DNA of 64,000 nucleotides from Candidatus Poribacteria bacterium (GTDB taxonomy: Bacteria; Poribacteria; WGA-4E; PCPOR2b), in the NCBI GenBank assembly GCA_965215015.1, contig OZ244042.1:128001-192000 (forward strand), given 5' to 3'. This document shows positions 1 through 9,227 of this stretch, one piece after another; position 1 is the first letter of the stretch; each line of letters begins with the position of its first letter. The notes beneath the pieces were generated by a model. It had not been told where the DNA came from. It did no database searches and saw only the letters and a list, made by a program, of their open reading frames with translations. A program made the position numbers and the translations under genes.

Positions 1-802
1 TTGATACACTCCTCAATCCGTCGGCTCTGGGCACGGAATCGGAAGAAAGCGGCACGACAACTAGACGACCGCTCGAAAGTTGCATCACTTCAAAGGGCAC
101 ATCGTAGACCGCCTCCAACTGTTGCGGCGTAAAAATGAACGCGGGGGAGCCAACGGCGACGGGGTTTCCTCCCTGCAACATAAGCACCTGCTCGGCATAC
201 ATCGACGCCAGATTTAGGTCATGAATCGCGGCAATGACGGTTCTTCCTGACTGTGTGATTGACCTGCACAAACGGAGAATCTGGACCTGATGGCGCGGGT
301 CAAGATGATTCGTCGGTTCGTCCAACAGAAACAACCTCGGTTCTTGTGCGAGGATACGGGCAAGGTCTACGCGAGACGCTTCCCCACCCGACAACGTCGG
401 ATAAAGGCGTTCAGCGAACATCTCGGCTTGCACCTGTTTCATCGCCTCCTGTACAATTGCTAAATCAGTAGGGCTTTCTTTCGCGCCCTTGAGGTGCGGG
501 TGGCGTCCGAGCAGAACAATCTCCGACCCACGGAATGGGAAACTCACATCTCGTTTCTGCTGGAGATAGGCACGTTTCCGGGCTAATTCCTGTGGCGAGT
601 ACTCGTCGATTGATTCGCCGAAAAATCGGACCCAGCCGGTTGTCGGTGAAAGTTCACCGGAGATGAGCCGTAAAAGTGTTGATTTGCCCGCGCCATTTGG
701 CCCGACAAAAATCCAAAACTGACCCGCTTCAATTTTTAGGTCAATATTGCGGACAAGCCATTTCTGACCGATACGATAGCCAACCCTTTCTAGTTCAACC
801 AT
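1..802 (-). CDS. hmuV: Heme ABC transporter ATP-binding protein (HmuV-like), runs off window edge
   Basis: Absent from the ORF track because no stop falls in the window. Manual translation from ATG 802 gives Walker A GPNGAGKST, signature LSGGE, Walker B LLDEPT and H-loop IHDLNLA. The start overlaps the permease stop. Confidence 0.9.
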   Translation of the reverse strand, partial: MVELERVGYRIGQKWLVRNIDLKIEAGQFWIFVGPNGAGKSTLLRLISGELSPTTGWVRFFGESIDEYSPQELARKRAYLQQKRDVSFPFRGSEIVLLGRHPHLKGAKESPTDLAIVQEAMKQVQAEMFAERLYPTLSGGEASRVDLARILAQEPRLFLLDEPTNHLDPRHQVQILRLCRSITQSGRTVIAAIHDLNLASMYAEQVLMLQGGNPVAVGSPAFIFTPQQLEAVYDVPFEVMQLSSGRLVVVPLSSDSVPRADGLRSVS

Positions 803-1793
803 ACACCACCTCTTTCTTGAATCTCATCAATAGCCAGAGGAAAAATGGACCACCAAGTAACGCGGTAACAACACCAACGGGTAGTTCGGCAGGGATTGCA
901 ACGGTTCGAGCAAAAAGATCTGCCAACACGAGCAGAATCGCACCCCCTAACGCTGACCCGGGCAACAGATACCGATGATCGGCACCACCCATGAGACGAA
1001 GTAGATGTGGTACAACGAGCCCTACGAAACCGATGCCCCCCGCTGCCGACACGGCGGCACCAACGGTCAACGCTACCCCGAAGACTGCCCATCGCTTCAG
1101 CGATTCGGTCGAGACCCCCAGATGATACGCCTCCGATTCACCCAAGCTCATGGCATTGAGTGCACGAGCCAAGCGAAACAACACAACAGTTCCGATAATC
1201 GCCACCGGAAGCGTCACCGCAACCACCCGCCACGTCGCCCCTCCGAAGCCGCCGAGCAGCCAAAAGGTAAGGCTCCGAAGTTGTTCTTCATCAGCAAGGA
1301 ACGTCATCAAACCAATGCCTGCACCCGCGAAACTGTTGAGTGCTATTCCAGCCAGCAACAGCGTTACAGTGAGAACCTGTCCGTGCGTTTGAGCGATTTT
1401 CCAGACACCAATCGTTACCAGCACCCCTCCGGTGAATGCCGCAACTGGTACACCCCAGATACCTAAAAACCCGCCGCCAACCAGCACAATCCAAACCGCT
1501 GCCCCGAGGCCTGCGCCCGCCGTCACGCCAATCAACCCAGGATCCGCCAGTGGATTACGGAAAATACCCTGCAGTGTCGCGCCGGAGATGGCTAAAACCG
1601 ATCCGACAATGGCGGATAACAGAACACGAGGAAATCGGACATAGAGGAGTACTTCAAACCCATCTTTGTGGAAAAGCAATATGTGAGGAATATGCCACGG
1701 CAGGATCTGATATGCCCCCACACCCGCCGCAACACATAGCGAAATAGGGAGTAAACTGCCGAGGATGAGAAGGATTTTGACTCGATTCGGCAC
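795..1793 (-). CDS. hmuU: FecCD-family heme ABC transporter permease
   Basis: RFPRVLL..LQGIFRNPLADPGLIG, LGESEAYHLGV and GFVGLVVPH motifs. Likely GTG start at 1793, just after the hmuT stop. Confidence 0.92.
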   Translation of the reverse strand: MPNRVKILLILGSLLPISLCVAAGVGAYQILPWHIPHILLFHKDGFEVLLYVRFPRVLLSAIVGSVLAISGATLQGIFRNPLADPGLIGVTAGAGLGAAVWIVLVGGGFLGIWGVPVAAFTGGVLVTIGVWKIAQTHGQVLTVTLLLAGIALNSFAGAGIGLMTFLADEEQLRSLTFWLLGGFGGATWRVVAVTLPVAIIGTVVLFRLARALNAMSLGESEAYHLGVSTESLKRWAVFGVALTVGAAVSAAGGIGFVGLVVPHLLRLMGGADHRYLLPGSALGGAILLVLADLFARTVAIPAELPVGVVTALLGGPFFLWLLMRFKKEVVYG

Positions 1794-1797
1794 CCTT

Positions 1798-2715
1798 TTA
1801 CTCCCCCTTTGCAAGGAAATGCCCCTCAGATTCATAGATGCCGCGAAACAGGTCAAGGGCTGCCCGGCCACAACGGGGCCCGAACCCCGACAAGTACAAA
1901 CCATCCATCGCAACCACTCGCTTGTTCTGCCCGGCGGGGGTTTGTGCCAAACCGGGGACTTTAAGCAATCCTTCAACCCCACCGATTGATTTCAACCCGG
2001 ATTCAAACAGCACGTACACATCCGGCTGTGCGGCAATAACCGCCTCCGCTGTCATCGGCTTGGTGCCTTTGATTTTTCCGGCAGCATTGGTTGCACCGAC
2101 GAGTTCAAGCATCGCGCCAGGACCAGAATCTCTGCCGAGCACAAAGGCAGTTTGTGGACCTCGCAAATAGAGAAACAACGCTTTGAGTTCCACCTGCCCC
2201 CGCCGTGCGCTAAGTTTTGATTTCAGCGTTTCGATGTCCCGTTCTAAAGTTGAGATTAAGGCAGCTGCCCGCTCCTGACGACCGACCGCCTTTCCAATCG
2301 TGCGGAGACGTTGCTTGGCTTGATCGAAAGTTCTCGGCTCTTTGGACAATAGCACTGTTACGCCCGCCATGCGTAGCTGCTCGATGACTTGGGGTGGTTT
2401 TACGTCTACCCGCCCAATCACCAGTGTCGGTTTCAACGAAAGAATGCCCTCCGCATTGAGTCGGTACTGATAGCCGACTGACGGTAATGTTTCTTTAGCA
2501 TGTTTTGGGTAGGTGGAGGACGCATCGCAGCCAACGACATTTGCACCGACACCAAGGGCAAAAAGAATCTCAGTGGTACTGCCGTTGAGCGAAACGATGC
2601 GCTCGAATGAGTGAATCGCAACGGTCTCGCCGTGGGCGTCCGTTACCTCAATAGGTTGCGCTGTAACGATTGATGCAGCTAGACAGAATAGTATTGCGAA
2701 TTGTTGTATTTTCAT
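1798..2715 (-). CDS. hmuT: Hemin ABC transporter substrate-binding protein
   Basis: RIVSLNGSTTEILFALG, VGYQYRLNAEGILSLKPTLV (Tyr heme-ligand region), GFGPR. Signal peptide from MKIQQ. Confidence 0.9.
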   Translation of the reverse strand: MKIQQFAILFCLAASIVTAQPIEVTDAHGETVAIHSFERIVSLNGSTTEILFALGVGANVVGCDASSTYPKHAKETLPSVGYQYRLNAEGILSLKPTLVIGRVDVKPPQVIEQLRMAGVTVLLSKEPRTFDQAKQRLRTIGKAVGRQERAAALISTLERDIETLKSKLSARRGQVELKALFLYLRGPQTAFVLGRDSGPGAMLELVGATNAAGKIKGTKPMTAEAVIAAQPDVYVLFESGLKSIGGVEGLLKVPGLAQTPAGQNKRVVAMDGLYLSGFGPRCGRAALDLFRGIYESEGHFLAKGE

Positions 2716-2778
2716 TGTTGACTCCTTGTGTTGAAGGCGGAACATTGTAATTGACCGTCCATATGAAAAAATAATAAA

Positions 2779-2812
2779 AAGAAACCGAGTTTTTCTCAAA
2801 ACCCGGTTTCTT
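2779..2812. repeat. Palindromic intergenic repeat AGAAACCGAGTTTTT..AAAACCCGGTTTCT (copy 1)
   Basis: Inverted repeat with a near-identical copy at 10852-10889. Confidence 0.7.
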
Positions 2813-2874
2813 CCGGAGAGGTAGGAGACGTAGTACCCTCGCGCAGCAGTATGGACTCTCCGTTCAGGTGGGTA

Positions 2875-3546
2875 TTAGAAATTCCGACTTCCATCGGGTT
2901 GATGGACGTATTCAAAGGTTATAAACCCGCCATCCTTTTTGTTTTCATTGTCCTTGTAGTAGCCGATGAAACGTACCTTCGCAAACGTGCCATCCGCCGC
3001 TTGAACTACGAACACCCGTTTCTCTAGCGGTAAGATCCAATGGTTAGGAGGTCCGGTGTAAATGTACCACCCCGCCTCGCTCTCAGCGACGATAGCGAGG
3101 TTCTGGTCTGAATCGGCAGCGTACTCGCCCGCGGGTGCTTCTTTTACCCCCTCAAACTCCACATCTTTGAGCATCATCGCGCCTCCCTTTCCCGGACCGC
3201 TTACACCGCCGTTAAGTATTACCTTCGTCCGTTGGAATCCGAGGTCCCAATCCATTGAATTAAGTGGATCGGCGACCTCAAGAGCATCGCCTTTGGAGAA
3301 GGAGAAATATGTCCACGCCTCTCTGCTCGTAGCATCAATAGTGAAGTTGACAACATCGAGTTGTGGTGCAACTTCGGCGGGAGGTTGATTCGCCGCGGGC
3401 ACGGCTTCAGGCACCTGTTCCTCAAGCGGTTGCTCAAGTCCATCGTCGTCATCGTCATTACCGCAACCGAAAAAGAGGATAGTGCTAATAAACAGAACCG
3501 ACCAGATAATCAGGCACCAAGTAGCGAGATTCCTAAAAGCTTTCAT
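2875..3546 (-). CDS. hmuY: HmuY-family heme-binding lipoprotein
   Basis: Lipobox FFGC; IDATS..WTYFSF, WDLGFQR, NGGVSGPGKGG, GWYIY, AKVRFIGYY..GFITFEY motifs. Confidence 0.88.
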   Translation of the reverse strand: MKAFRNLATWCLIIWSVLFISTILFFGCGNDDDDDGLEQPLEEQVPEAVPAANQPPAEVAPQLDVVNFTIDATSREAWTYFSFSKGDALEVADPLNSMDWDLGFQRTKVILNGGVSGPGKGGAMMLKDVEFEGVKEAPAGEYAADSDQNLAIVAESEAGWYIYTGPPNHWILPLEKRVFVVQAADGTFAKVRFIGYYKDNENKKDGGFITFEYVHQPDGSRNF

Positions 3547-3579
3547 TGTGTCCTCCTATCGAGCACTTGAAATGGTAGA

Positions 3580-3795
3580 TTAGACAGTAATTGGTTGACC
3601 CGTGTCTGTTAAAGACTTTGTGTTATCATCTTTGAGAGTTAGCATAGCTTCCGCGATAGTGCCGGCAACTTGGTAGAAATCTTGTGGGGTCATCGCAATA
3701 TCGATACCCCGGTATTTGAGGTGAATATGCCCATGAAGGCATTGATAGACAGCACACACGCCATTATTTGACGAAGACTCTCTTGTATGATCCAT
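3580..3795 (-). CDS. Small hypothetical protein (71 aa) with CxHGHIH motif
   Basis: ATG at 3795 with an AAGGA RBS, co-oriented inside the heme operon. MDHTRESSSNNGVCAVYQCLHGHIHLKYRGIDIAMTPQDF. Confidence 0.65.
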   Translation of the reverse strand: MDHTRESSSNNGVCAVYQCLHGHIHLKYRGIDIAMTPQDFYQVAGTIAEAMLTLKDDNTKSLTDTGQPITV

Positions 3796-3851
3796 TTGCT
3801 TCGTTTCCTTTCTTGATAGCTCCAGTGGCCCAAAAAATAATAAGCTTTCTC

Positions 3852-4358
3852 TTACCACCGGAAAGATGCGTGTAAAAATAGTAGGATTGAAAAACAGGTG
3901 ATTGAGACATAAGCCGACTTTCTTCCACGTCGACACAGTACAAATCTGATGAACAGCTGAAACAGATAGATCAGCCATACACAACGCACGACTGATATTT
4001 GCTGAGACCAATTGCTGTGATGAACCCCGTGCAGCAGAACAGCGGTTAGCAACCCGAGGACCGACAGTGATATCCCGATAATCACACTCTGATAGCAAAG
4101 TGCGTCCAATCGCTCAAGGGCCGGCAAATGGTAAAATACCATCAGAAATCGTTTCCGTTTGAGTTGGATTTCTTGGAGGAGGTAAATCAACGATGAAGCA
4201 CACGCACATGCAAAAGCACCCGCTGCAAGCAGAAGGGCCCTTGAATACAGCAATAGGCACAACTGCTGCAGTAGAGGCGTGAACGACACCAACGTCCCAG
4301 TCAAAAATATTGAAGTAAAACCAACCAACCCTAAGAAATGCGCTCTGCTGAGTTCCAT
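3852..4358 (-). CDS. CcsA/HemX/YpjD-like membrane protein (cytochrome c assembly family), short and divergent
   Basis: IYLLQEIQLKRK..LPALERLDALCYQSVIIG..WLIY..RGRKSAY matches the C-terminal half of the family, but the WxWD motif is missing. Confidence 0.7.
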   Translation of the reverse strand: MELSRAHFLGLVGFTSIFLTGTLVSFTPLLQQLCLLLYSRALLLAAGAFACACASSLIYLLQEIQLKRKRFLMVFYHLPALERLDALCYQSVIIGISLSVLGLLTAVLLHGVHHSNWSQQISVVRCVWLIYLFQLFIRFVLCRRGRKSAYVSITCFSILLFLHASFRW

Positions 4359-4447
4359 CTTCTCTTCAAACGATTGATTGCTGTGTAACGAATCATGCGT
4401 AACGGGAGGCAAATATTTTTATGCGTTACGCACGACTCGCCACAACA

Positions 4448-4601
4448 GGCTCTCAAGCTCGCCACCTAACCCAAACAAGCTTGTGGGCCTAGGGTTGATT
4501 ATCGACAAGCCTCCTCCACCCTATGAGAGAAAGCCTGTGGCCATTTAGCAGTGCGCTCAGTAGGTCAAAGAGAGACCCCCGTAAAATGACCGCCCGGTAA
4601 A
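4448..4601. repeat. ~155 bp diverged direct repeat, copy A (receptor 3' end plus downstream spacer)
   Basis: Aligns with 6535-6690, including the shared blocks GGCTCTCAAGCTCGC, CCTAACCCAAACAA, GAGAAAGCC and CCGTAAAATGACCGCCCGGTAAA. Confidence 0.85.
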
Positions 4602-6482
4602 AGTGTAGAAGGTCGGAATTTTGAAGTCGAAAATATTGTTGACGCCGATAGAGGCTTTGAGCCAGTTGAGAACCTGCTTTGATCCCCGAATGTTCCAGAT
4701 CCAGTTGCTCGGTGCATACTCCTCATCCTCAAGGACCTTGTCACCGTCGTCGAAGAACCCCCACTTGCTAGCGTAACGCCCGCGCAGGTCTACGCCGAAA
4801 CCAGAACCACGGCTTGCGTAGGCAAGTTTGAGGTTGCCGCTGTGCTTCGATCGATTGAGCAGCGTCAAACCTGTCTCCTTATCTTCACCGTTCAAATACG
4901 CATAGCCTATTGTCGCGGAGAGCCCCCCGATTGAACGGGTCGAAAGTTCGACTTCAAACCCTTCGGTGAATGCCTCGCTGATATTGAAATACTGAAATTT
5001 GCTTCCGCCAAGTACACTCTGCCCAATCCGCTCCGCTTCGATCAAGTTTTTCAGGTTGTTCCGATACAGGTGCACCCGTCCAATCAGTGCGGACTTAAAC
5101 TGGTATTCAACCCCAAGATTCCAACTACCCGACGACTCCGGTTGTAGGGCTGGATTTCCAAGCACCTGATAGCCGGAGGTGGGATTGCTAAAATCGAGAT
5201 AGAGGTCTTTGAAGTCGGGTGCACGAAAGCCTTGGCCGTAGGAGGTACGAATCGTGACATCACGGGCCACGCGATACATTCCACTCAATTTTGGACTGAA
5301 GTGCGTTCCAAATTCAGAGTGATAGTCAAGCCGTCCACCTAAAACAAACGCGAGGTTTGCCATCGGTCGAAATTCGTTCTGAAAAAACAGTGAATCGGTT
5401 GTAAGATTCTTCTCGCCGCCCGTAATGCGTTGGGATTCGAGGTTTTCAAAAATTAACTCTGCACCAACGGTCAGTTGATTCTTCGATCCAAGAGCGGTGT
5501 CAAATTGTGCTTCGCCTTTGATCAGGTCTTGAACCGTGACATTTGATGACGCGGTGAGCGAGGTGTCACGGTCTATAACCGTCGATTCATCGCGATAGCG
5601 CGTCGCGTAGATTTTGCCCATCAACTGTGAGCCTGAACCAAGTTGATAACCTGTGCCGACGCTTCCGATGAAGTTATCGATGTCGCCGAGACGGTCAAAG
5701 ACAACACCTTCGTTTTCACTCACACCCTCCTGCTTTTGGGCGAAGTATTGCCCCGAAAACAGGAGGGTCGCTTTAGGGGTCAGCTGATACTCGGTTCGCG
5801 TGGAGTGGGTCCAGTTCTGATAACCATCAATCGTTGTCGTAAGGTCAGATTCGTCTAGATCAATGGGGGAGCGATGGTTTGCAGCAAGGGTCAATAGCGC
5901 GTTGAACTTATCGCGTTTCAATTCAACAGCACTACGACTGTCGATGGTATTGTGAGTCTCGAAGTTATTAGTGAATTGAACAGCAAATGGGGACGACGCT
6001 TTACGCGTGATAACGTTGATTACGCCCCCCATCGCAGCATTGCCAAAGAGTGCAGACGACGCCCCTTTGACAATCTCGATCCGCTCAACGTTTTCGACCG
6101 CAATTCGTGCGAGATCCAGTTTGCCAGCGATTCGACCGACCTGCGGTTCACCATCAAGCAGGATCAGGATGTAATCCGAATCGAGCCCTTGCAGTTGAAC
6201 ACCATCGCCGTGGGCGTCGCGATGGACAACGACCCCCACCCGATGTTCAAGCACCTCGCCGATGTTTTCCGCGCCCGTCGCTTCGATCTCACTTCGTGTG
6301 ATGACCTCTGTAATAACGGGTGTATCTTTCAATCGACGCTCCGTTTTTGTGCCGGTGACGACCACTTCGTCCATCTGAAAAAGGTCAACCGTTGGCTCTG
6401 TTTCAGCAGTGCTTAACCCCATTCCACCGACTGTGAAGATAACGAAAAATCCTATCCAGAATCGGTTGTGTAGCTGCATCAA
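4557..6482 (-). CDS. TonB-dependent outer-membrane receptor (HmuR/CirA-like)
   Basis: TonB box DEVVVTGT, plug motif ERIEIVKGASSALFG..AMGGVINVIT, FRAP and GNPALQPE motifs, aromatic C-terminus LSLTY. Confidence 0.93.
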   Translation of the reverse strand: MMQLHNRFWIGFFVIFTVGGMGLSTAETEPTVDLFQMDEVVVTGTKTERRLKDTPVITEVITRSEIEATGAENIGEVLEHRVGVVVHRDAHGDGVQLQGLDSDYILILLDGEPQVGRIAGKLDLARIAVENVERIEIVKGASSALFGNAAMGGVINVITRKASSPFAVQFTNNFETHNTIDSRSAVELKRDKFNALLTLAANHRSPIDLDESDLTTTIDGYQNWTHSTRTEYQLTPKATLLFSGQYFAQKQEGVSENEGVVFDRLGDIDNFIGSVGTGYQLGSGSQLMGKIYATRYRDESTVIDRDTSLTASSNVTVQDLIKGEAQFDTALGSKNQLTVGAELIFENLESQRITGGEKNLTTDSLFFQNEFRPMANLAFVLGGRLDYHSEFGTHFSPKLSGMYRVARDVTIRTSYGQGFRAPDFKDLYLDFSNPTSGYQVLGNPALQPESSGSWNLGVEYQFKSALIGRVHLYRNNLKNLIEAERIGQSVLGGSKFQYFNISEAFTEGFEVELSTRSIGGLSATIGYAYLNGEDKETGLTLLNRSKHSGNLKLAYASRGSGFGVDLRGRYASKWGFFDDGDKVLEDEEYAPSNWIWNIRGSKQVLNWLKASIGVNNIFDFKIPTFYTFTGRSFYGGLSLTY

Positions 6483-6534
6483 TTATCTCCTTTCTGTGTG
6501 ATTGTCTTGACAATTTGTGCACGATTGATTGCTG

Positions 6535-6690
6535 GGCTCTCAAGCTCGCGTTCCCTAACCCAAACAAATGGGACAACCTCGGGTTGGTTATTGGCAAACT
6601 TTCCCCACCCTGTTAGAGAAAGCCCGTAGTCATTTGACAGCCTGCCCGGTAGGTCCGAGAGAGACCACCGTAAAATGACCGCCCGGTAAA
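6535..6690. repeat. ~155 bp diverged direct repeat, copy B, upstream of the receptor
   Basis: Minus strand reads FTGRSFYGGLSRTY versus the true receptor end FTGRSFYGGLSLTY*. Confidence 0.85.
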
Positions 6691-6694
6691 TCGG

Positions 6695-7408
6695 TTAGAT
6701 AGTTCGCCAAACAAAAAAGATTGCGAGAGTCAGTGATCCAAAACCGAGCCCCGCAGCGAGGAGACGCGGCCCATGGAGGCGCGTCCAGAGCAATATACCG
6801 GTGAAAGAGAGGATGATTAAGCTGCCAGCAATGGAATCGGCGAGTAGAATCCATGCGGCACCCATTCCGCTTGCCATGTGCAGCCGATTGAGAAATGCAA
6901 AAACATTTCGGTCAAATCGCGTGACGCTGGCGTAACTGTTGCCAACCCAGTATTCCGCGTTGTAGGTGCATTGTGGGTTACTGAAACTGACACGCCATTT
7001 TTCAGGTTGTACCACCGACTGTCCATCCCAACTAATTTCTTGTGATGGCTGTGAACGGGCGCGACTCCACCTTTTCTCAATACCCAGTTCCGCTTGAAGC
7101 CACACCGCGAAATCCTCGACGCTTTCCGGTCGAACTTCTGGTAGAGCAAGTTCAATCTTCGTCTGTTCGGTTTTAGCGGCCTTAATCTTCATGACCCCTC
7201 GATGGTTGAGCAAAATTCCGGTGGTGCCAAAGAGAATACCCAGGGTTGCGCCCCACAGTCCAAGCCAAGCATGTGTTCGACGCAACCATTTGAGAAATGC
7301 ACCCCGGCTCCACCCCGTTGGAAGAAACATGTAGGGTGAACGGCGTCTGTCCTGCTTTCTACGTATGTTTTCGATAGTCGTTGGCTGTGAACTGGTGTTA
7401 TCTTGCAC
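6695..7408 (-). CDS. PepSY-associated TM helix protein
   Basis: WLRRTHAWLG..TGILLNH, RLHMASG..AWILLADS..TGILLW. GTG start at 7408 with GGAGG RBS. Confidence 0.85.
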   Translation of the reverse strand: MQDNTSSQPTTIENIRRKQDRRRSPYMFLPTGWSRGAFLKWLRRTHAWLGLWGATLGILFGTTGILLNHRGVMKIKAAKTEQTKIELALPEVRPESVEDFAVWLQAELGIEKRWSRARSQPSQEISWDGQSVVQPEKWRVSFSNPQCTYNAEYWVGNSYASVTRFDRNVFAFLNRLHMASGMGAAWILLADSIAGSLIILSFTGILLWTRLHGPRLLAAGLGFGSLTLAIFFVWRTI

Positions 7409-7613
7409 CTTAGCCTCCGTCTTATGTAGACTGAATTTGCTTGACAATCGCAAAGCAATTATCTTATTCTTTATAGATACAGAAAAGGCGGTGGGCCCAA
7501 AAAAGCCCCAATACATCTAAAGCGATAGAGATATGGGAGCTAGCTAACAATTGGCCGTTGGGAGCTATCCCTTTTTCTATCGTTCGCCTTTTCTGTTATT
7601 TGATTTCCTGTTT

Positions 7614-7632
7614 ATTGACAACGAGTCTCAGT
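7614..7632. promoter_or_regulatory. Fur-like box upstream of the heme uptake operon
   Basis: ATTGACAACGAGTCTCAGT resembles the 7-1-7 TGA(G/T)AAT-n-ATT(C/A)TCA pattern and shares GAGTCTCA with the two sites near 13.3 kb. Confidence 0.6.
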
Positions 7633-7802
7633 GTCAACAAGTGTGCGACTTGATTGAGCCATACCTACCGCGCGGTAATATAAACGTGCTCAACCGCTTC
7701 ATGAGTAGATGTAACTAAAGTCGGGTTAGCTTTCATCTTTATCTACCTTTTTCACCTTTAGATTTGTCAATCCAAGTGGGAAACAAGATCCATTAACACA
7801 CC

Positions 7803-8159
7803 CTAGTGTACCCTGAACGGCCCACCTGCCGGCTCCTCCTCAAGATTAGGACGAGCAGAGTCGAGGAATACTTCGTGAAGTTCCAACTTGTTCGATTGCG
7901 TGAACGCCTCTTTAGGTAACGTTCCCGATTGGGCGTGTCCCCTGCGGAATTCATCCGATTCGACCCAATTTTCAAAGTCCTTCCGCGACCCCCAAAGCGT
8001 AAACACAACGTAGGGGTCCCCGTCATTGACTGGACGCAATACCTGATTTGAGATGAAGCCGGGCATCCCATCAATGAGTCGAGCGCGATTGCGAAAACGT
8101 TCTTCAAAGGCTTCTTGATATTCGGATGCAACGTAAATTCGATTGGCGACAGTGATCAC
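7803..8159 (-). CDS. ABM-family heme-degrading monooxygenase (IsdG/HmoA-like)
   Basis: N-terminal Asn (VANRI), FEERF, PGF, W..SDEFRRGH, matching the Asn/Trp/His triad of the IsdG family. Confidence 0.82.
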   Translation of the reverse strand: MITVANRIYVASEYQEAFEERFRNRARLIDGMPGFISNQVLRPVNDGDPYVVFTLWGSRKDFENWVESDEFRRGHAQSGTLPKEAFTQSNKLELHEVFLDSARPNLEEEPAGGPFRVH

Positions 8160-8575
8160 GGTGTTGACCTCCGCTTTGTCTTCGTATGATAGACTCGAAT
8201 GGGGTTATGTTGGGTTGGTTGGCTCGGTGAGTTGATATCAACTAAAATATCGCCGCTGTCAACCTTCACGGGATAGGTCGCAATTCCACATTTTCCGGGC
8301 CAAATGCACTGGCCCGTTTTGACATCGAACTTCCATTGATGAATTGGGCAGACGATAACGCCATTTTCTGATTGACCCGCATGTAAAATGCCACCAACAT
8401 GGGGACAGATGTTATTCACCGCGTAATACTTCCCATTGACGTTGTGGATACCGATGAAATTACCTTCCAACTTCGCGCTAATACAGCTGCCGGGATTCAC
8501 CTCATCTGTCTTGGCTGCTTTTACGAATCGAGAGACTCCCGGATTTCGTCGTACTTCTTGAACTTGTAAAGTCAT
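8156..8575 (-). CDS. Rieske [2Fe-2S] ferredoxin
   Basis: CPH..CPIH..FDVKTG motifs; stop overlaps the monooxygenase start (GTGA). Confidence 0.9.
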   Translation of the reverse strand: MTLQVQEVRRNPGVSRFVKAAKTDEVNPGSCISAKLEGNFIGIHNVNGKYYAVNNICPHVGGILHAGQSENGVIVCPIHQWKFDVKTGQCIWPGKCGIATYPVKVDSGDILVDINSPSQPTQHNPIRVYHTKTKRRSTP

Positions 8576-8655
8576 AAGCCTCCTCTAATTGGTTCATATC
8601 AAAAACAGGAACAAAGTTTCTTTGCACGACCTGTCAATATAACCCATGATTTTGC

Positions 8656-8684
8656 TTGACATACACAGCGTTATTCCATACAAT
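8656..8684 (+). promoter_or_regulatory. sigma70-type promoter for bfr
   Basis: TTGACA-17bp-TACAAT, about 40 bp before the GTG start. Confidence 0.65.
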
Positions 8685-8725
8685 TTCGGTTGATTCCACC
8701 CAATTTCAAACTTAAGGAGAAAACA

Positions 8726-9211
8726 GTGGACGGACATCCTGAAATCATCGAAGTGCTTAACGAAGTTTTAACTGCTGAACTGACTGCTATCAATCAATAT
8801 TTTGCCCATTCCGAAATCTGCGAAAACTGGGGATATGAACGTCTCCATCAAGCGATACGCGAACACGCCATCGGAGAGATGAAGCACGCTGAAGATCTTA
8901 TCGCCCGTGTGCTCTACCTCAATGCCATGCCTAACATGGCACGCTACTTTGAGATTAAGATCGGCACAAATGTCGAGGAGATGATGACAAATGACCTCGC
9001 CCTTGAAACAGAAGCGGTCGAGCGGCTCAATGAATTCATCCAACTTGCCCATACCCACAAGGATTTCGGTTCAGAAGAGCTTCTTGAGCAAATCCTCAAA
9101 GATGAGGAAGAGCATATTGACTGGATAGAGGCTCAACTTGACCAGATTAACCAAGTGGGCATCCAAAACTACCTCGCACGACAGATTGTTTCTGATGAAG
9201 AGGGAGCGTAA
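8726..9211 (+). CDS. bfr: Bacterioferritin
   Basis: ELTAINQYF, EMKHA (heme-ligand Met), DEEEHIDWIE, GIQNYL. GTG start with AGGAG RBS. Confidence 0.95.
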   Translation: MDGHPEIIEVLNEVLTAELTAINQYFAHSEICENWGYERLHQAIREHAIGEMKHAEDLIARVLYLNAMPNMARYFEIKIGTNVEEMMTNDLALETEAVERLNEFIQLAHTHKDFGSEELLEQILKDEEEHIDWIEAQLDQINQVGIQNYLARQIVSDEEGA

Positions 9212-9227
9212 TTTGCTCCCCTGTATC

